From the NCBI GenBank assembly GCA_963754315.1, contig CAVWFS010000017.1:1-20500 (forward strand): DNA of 20,500 nt, read 5' to 3'. Under the pieces are notes generated by a model. It saw only the letters and a list, made by a program, of their open reading frames with translations. It was not told the origin of the DNA and searched no databases. The number at the start of each line of letters is the position of its first letter. Position 1 is the stretch's first letter. This stretch comes from an uncultured Candidatus Rokubacteria bacterium. Lineage in GTDB: Bacteria; Methylomirabilota; Methylomirabilia; Rokubacteriales; CSP1-6. Of the stretch, positions 17,004 through 20,500 are shown piece by piece. A program made the translations under genes and the position numbers.

Positions 17004-18347
17004 CTACAGTTGGTGCCGCTTGAGCTTGGCGTACAAGGTCGACAGGGCCATGCCGATCGCCCGGGCGGCGGCGCGCTTGTCGCCGTCGTGATCGCGGAGC
17101 ACCTGGCGGAGCATCTCCTTCTCGGCGGCATCGAGTTGCGCCTGGTAGGTCGACACCGGCCCGTTCGCCGAGACAGCGGAGGCCGGAAGGGCTAGATCTT
17201 CGGCGTGGATCTGGTCGCCACTCGCGAGCACGACGGCGCGCTCGAGAAGGTTCTCCACCTCACGAACGTTCCCCGGCCAGTCGTATTGTTCCAGGAGCCC
17301 CAGGGCGGTCGGAGAGAAGGACAGCCCGGGCCGCTTGAGCTCGTGGCTGTGCTTCTTCAGGAAGAACTCGGCAAGCAGCCGGATGTCACCCCGGCGCTCG
17401 CGCAGGGGCGGGAGCGTGATGGGAATGACATTGAGCCGGAAGAACAGATCCTCGCGAAATCTTCCATCCTTCACGGCCTGGGTGAGGTCGCGATTCGTCG
17501 ACGAGATCACCTGGATATCAACCTGGATGGTCGTGGTGCCGCCGACCCGTTCGAAGGCGTGATCCTGCATCACCCGCAGAAGCTTGGTCTGAAGCGTGGG
17601 GTGCATCTCACCGATCTCGTCGAGGAAGACGGTGCCGCCGTCGGCTAGCTCGATCTTGCCTTGTTTACGTTGATGAGCGCCGGTGAAAGCCCCTCGTTCG
17701 TGGCCGAACAGCTCACTGGCGATGAGCTCTTCGCCCAGGACAGCACAGTTGACGATGACGAACGGGCGCGCGTGCCGCGGGCTCCAGGCATGGATGGCGC
17801 GCGCGAACACCTCCTTGCCCGTCCCGCTCTGGCCGAGCAAGAGCACGGTGGACTGGCTCTGGGCTGCCCGGCGGGCGCGCTCGATCGCGCGCTGGATGAC
17901 GGGGCTCTCCCCAATGATCGGCTGAATCTTCGCGTCGAGTTCCTCCTGGGCCAGGCGCTGCGCCCGCTGCAGCTCGTTGTGCTCGAACGCCTTCTGGACG
18001 ACGAGCTCGAGGTGACCGGGTGTCAAGGGTTTGGTGAGAAAGTCCCAGGCGCCTTCTTTCATCGCCTCCACCGCCTTTTCCACCGTCGCGTAGGCAGTCA
18101 TGACGATCACGGTCGTCTCGGGCGACGTTTGCCTGGTGTGGCGGAGCACGTCGAGGCCGCTCATCCGTGGGAGCCGCAGGTCCAGGAACATGAGGGAGGG
18201 AGCCTCGGCGGCCAGCTTCGCGGTCGCCTGGACACCGCTGCTGACGGTCGTCACGGCATAGCCAAGCTGATCCAGGCGACTGCTCAGTAAGAAGAGGACA
18301 TCCGGATCGTCGTCGACCACGAGGATCCGGGCTCGGGGTTGATCCAT
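17004..18347 (-). CDS. Sigma-54-dependent response regulator (NtrC/AtoC family: REC-AAA+-HTH_8)
   Basis: LVVDDD, FLDLRLP, LTKP; GQSGTGKE, ELFGHERGAFTGA, FLDEIGE, FREDLFFRL, WPGNVRE; C-terminal AARAIGMALSTLYAKL. Confidence 0.97.
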   Translation of the reverse strand: MDQPRARILVVDDDPDVLFLLSSRLDQLGYAVTTVSSGVQATAKLAAEAPSLMFLDLRLPRMSGLDVLRHTRQTSPETTVIVMTAYATVEKAVEAMKEGAWDFLTKPLTPGHLELVVQKAFEHNELQRAQRLAQEELDAKIQPIIGESPVIQRAIERARRAAQSQSTVLLLGQSGTGKEVFARAIHAWSPRHARPFVIVNCAVLGEELIASELFGHERGAFTGAHQRKQGKIELADGGTVFLDEIGEMHPTLQTKLLRVMQDHAFERVGGTTTIQVDIQVISSTNRDLTQAVKDGRFREDLFFRLNVIPITLPPLRERRGDIRLLAEFFLKKHSHELKRPGLSFSPTALGLLEQYDWPGNVREVENLLERAVVLASGDQIHAEDLALPASAVSANGPVSTYQAQLDAAEKEMLRQVLRDHDGDKRAAARAIGMALSTLYAKLKRHQL

Positions 18348-18355
18348 GCCGTGGC

Positions 18356-18721
18356 TTACGGTATCCAGCCGAACGAGTCGCGGAGAACCGCCTGGAGCCG
18401 CTTCGACTCGAACGGTTTCGGCAGGTATCCGTTGGCGCCGCTCACCCGAGCCTTTTCGGCTGTGTCTTCGTTCGTGGAACCCGAGATCATGATGATCGTC
18501 AGGTGCGGGTGCTCGCGCCGGATGGCCTCGAGTGCGCGGAAGCCGTCCATGACGGGCATGCGTACGTCCAGGAAGATCCCGTCCGGCGCGTCGGACTTGA
18601 CCTGTTCCAGCGCCTGCCGCCCGTTCGCCGCCGTTGCCACCGCAAAGTGGTGCGCCTCAAGGACCATCCTCAGCATCTCGCGAACATCCGGATCGTCGTC
18701 GACTACCAGGAGCTGCTTCAT
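18356..18721 (-). CDS. Single-domain CheY-like response regulator
   Basis: LVVDDD, FLDVRMPVMDG, ISG, YLPKPF. Its start overlaps the kinase stop (ATGA). Confidence 0.95.
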   Translation of the reverse strand: MKQLLVVDDDPDVREMLRMVLEAHHFAVATAANGRQALEQVKSDAPDGIFLDVRMPVMDGFRALEAIRREHPHLTIIMISGSTNEDTAEKARVSGANGYLPKPFESKRLQAVLRDSFGWIP

Positions 18722-19959
18722 GGCTCAGGCCCCGCCGCCGGCAGGGTAAAGGAGAATTCGGCCCCCTTGCCGGGCAGACTCTCGACCCAGATCGTCCCAC
18801 CGTGCAGTGCCACAAGCTTCTGGGTGATGGTCAACCCCAGGCCGCTCCCCTTCTTCTGGGTCTCCGAGTCCCCGACCTGAGCAAATTTTTCGAAGACGAG
18901 CGGAAGCTCCTCGGGCCGAATGCCCTCGCCCGTGTCCCGAACCGTGGTCATGACAGTCCCGTCTCCCCGGGATGACACGACGACGCAGACCCTCCCGCCG
19001 GGCGGGGTGAACTTGATGGCGTTGTGAACCAGGTTCAGCAGGATCTGATGGAGCTTGTCGCAGTCGGCGCGGACGAAGACGTCTCCCTGGGGGGTCTCGA
19101 CACCGAGGTCGACACCCTTGTCCGACGCGAACGGCTGCAGCAAATCGATCACCTCACCCGCGACCTCCCCGAGCGGCTGTCGCGCCAGGTGCAGGTCCAC
19201 GCGGCCGGCCTCGATCCGCGCCAGGTCGAGGAGGTCGTTGATGAGCCGGATCATCCGTTCCGTGCTGCCGCGCACGCGGTCGAGGCAGTCCTTCTGGACG
19301 GGGCTCAGCTCACCGGCCATGCCGTCCAGCAGGTGATCGACGTAGCCAGAAATCGAGGTGAGCGGGGCCCGCAGCTCATGGGAAACATCGGAGACGAAGT
19401 CTGACTTCAGGCGATCCAGCTCCTGGAGCCGCGTGTTGGAGGCCTCGAGCTTTTCATTGAGGGCAGCCAGCTCCTTGGTTCGCTCCTCGACGCGCTGCTC
19501 GAGGGTTGCCCGGAACTCCTGCAGCGTCTCGTTGAGCTGCCGCAATCGGCCGCTCATCTTCAGGAGCAGCCGGAACTCAATGTCAGGGTGATCGTCCATC
19601 AGCTCCCGGAACTGCGGGCCGTGGATTTCCAGGATGATGGACGGCTCTTTCGCCCGCACGGTGGCAGATCGCGGCCGACGTTCGAGGAAGGCCATCTCGC
19701 CGAAGACATCGCCAGCCGGCATAACCGAGAGCGAGAGTTCCGAGCCGTCGCCCGCCTCGAGAAAAGCCTCGGTCGCCCCCGAGCCCATCACGAAGACTGA
19801 GTCGCCGAGGGCGCCCTGGCGCAGAATCACCTCGTCGCGGCGAAGGATCCGCTCGGTCGAGGCCGAGTCCTCCAGCAGGGCCTCGAGCCTTCGATCGTCC
19901 CGAACCGTAGAGAACATTGGGTGCTTGTGGAGGAATTCCTTCCAGGGATACGTCTTCAA
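18718..19959 (-). CDS. Soluble histidine kinase with N-terminal cyclic nucleotide-binding domain
   Basis: HPMF, QGALGDSVFV, GDVFGEMAFLERRPRSATVRA; coiled coil LEQRVEERTKEL; H-box SHELRAPL, N-box LVHNAIKF, DTGEGI, GSGLGL. TTG start follows GAGGAG; no transmembrane segment visible. Confidence 0.95.
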   Translation of the reverse strand: MKTYPWKEFLHKHPMFSTVRDDRRLEALLEDSASTERILRRDEVILRQGALGDSVFVMGSGATEAFLEAGDGSELSLSVMPAGDVFGEMAFLERRPRSATVRAKEPSIILEIHGPQFRELMDDHPDIEFRLLLKMSGRLRQLNETLQEFRATLEQRVEERTKELAALNEKLEASNTRLQELDRLKSDFVSDVSHELRAPLTSISGYVDHLLDGMAGELSPVQKDCLDRVRGSTERMIRLINDLLDLARIEAGRVDLHLARQPLGEVAGEVIDLLQPFASDKGVDLGVETPQGDVFVRADCDKLHQILLNLVHNAIKFTPPGGRVCVVVSSRGDGTVMTTVRDTGEGIRPEELPLVFEKFAQVGDSETQKKGSGLGLTITQKLVALHGGTIWVESLPGKGAEFSFTLPAAGPEP

Positions 19960-20196
19960 AGACGAGGTCTCCTCTTGCGGGCGCCGCCGCGCAGTGTCGA
20001 GCCTGCCGCAGACTTTCCGCTTACACCTCCCGCCTTGTCAAGGTGCTCTTATCGCGGAAACGCCACCGGGGAGTCTGGTGCTCTTTTCTCCACGCTTACG
20101 GCCAGAAATGGGACATTTTGTCTACTTCGGTCCTATCGCCCCGAGACCTTTCAGAGGCGCGCTTTCATCCGTCTGCCTGCGTCATTCCGGCGAGCG

Positions 20197-20232
20197 TTCT
20201 GCATTCCCGGAATGGTTTCTCGGAATCCAGAA
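20197..20232. promoter_or_regulatory. Tandem imperfect dyads, candidate enhancer (UAS) for a sigma-54 activator
   Basis: TTCTG-CATTCC-CGGAA (20197-20212) and TTCTC-GGAATC-CAGAA (20217-20232), 20-bp period. Confidence 0.5.
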
Positions 20233-20307
20233 CAATCCTTTGCGCCGGCACGCTCGCTTTACGCGAGCGTGCAACGGCAGCGACAATATCTCGTACTCGA
20301 AAATTAA

Positions 20308-20323
20308 TGGCACGCGGCTTGTA
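20308..20323 (+). promoter_or_regulatory. Putative sigma-54 (-24/-12) promoter
   Basis: TGGCAC-GCGGC-TTGTA versus consensus TGGCAC-N5-TTGCW, with one mismatch (-12 C to T). Preceded by an AT-rich tract. Confidence 0.65.
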
Positions 20324-20475
20324 GGTGACATAGAACCGATCACGCATGACGCCGGCACCCCAAATGATGGTTGTTGGGCGAGGAGAGACCGCGAGTTGCC
20401 GGCTCCACAGCCCTCACGATGCGCTCTCGAGCGCTCGTCATATCTATCTCTAACGAAGAAGCTCGGAGGTGAGCG

Positions 20476-20500
20476 ATGGGCAACACGCGCATTTTGAGGG
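20476..20500 (+). CDS. Probable 5' start of a gene running off the window (MGNTRILR...)
   Basis: GGAGGT at 20465-20470 followed by ATG 20476; frame open to the window edge; downstream of the sigma-54-like promoter. Confidence 0.5.

Noticed and set aside
20294..20306. TACTCGAAAATTA resembles half of the 11989 palindrome, and TACATACTCG occurs at both 6705 and 11986
   Set aside because: Short, half-site only and needing a gap; not distinguishable from chance among AT-rich promoter segments.
19634..20497. ORFs across the 19960-20475 intergenic region (19634-20497, 19917-20324, 19921-20307, 20165-20347)
   Set aside because: No motifs, atypical composition, most overlap the kinase start, and the region is better explained as divergent regulatory DNA.
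1..20500. tRNA, rRNA, transposase or integrase
   Set aside because: None recognised by eye on either strand; a covariance-model scan would be needed to exclude small RNAs.

Overview
GC-rich bacterial window of mostly accessory metabolic and signalling genes. In order: 3' tail of an ABC substrate-binding protein; amidohydrolase; cytochrome P450 with a [3Fe-4S]-type ferredoxin; a secreted vanadium-haloperoxidase/PAP2-like protein; a Tat-type MBL-fold hydrolase; an RHH/MazF toxin-antitoxin pair with a frameshifted toxin; CaiB-type CoA transferase; TauD/TfdA dioxygenase; stand-alone class III nucleotidyl cyclase; alkyl-sulfatase-like MBL protein; AhpD/CMD protein; AAA_14/DUF4143-like ATPase behind a perfect 24-bp palindrome; frameshifted double-EthD; NUDIX; a small lipoprotein; a double-zinc-ribbon/cNMP-binding chimera; a frameshifted M19 dipeptidase; and an operon encoding a soluble cNMP-binding histidine kinase, a CheY-like receiver and a sigma-54 activator. 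The best candidate for an uncharacterised system is that last operon. It diverges from a sigma-54-like promoter preceded by tandem dyads, suggesting a cyclic-nucleotide to phosphorelay to sigma-54 circuit whose target begins at the window edge. The gene repertoire resembles Ca. Rokubacteria/Methylomirabilota-like soil bacteria (inference only). Several single-base indels may be sequencing errors. All family calls come from motif recognition by eye; no searches were run.
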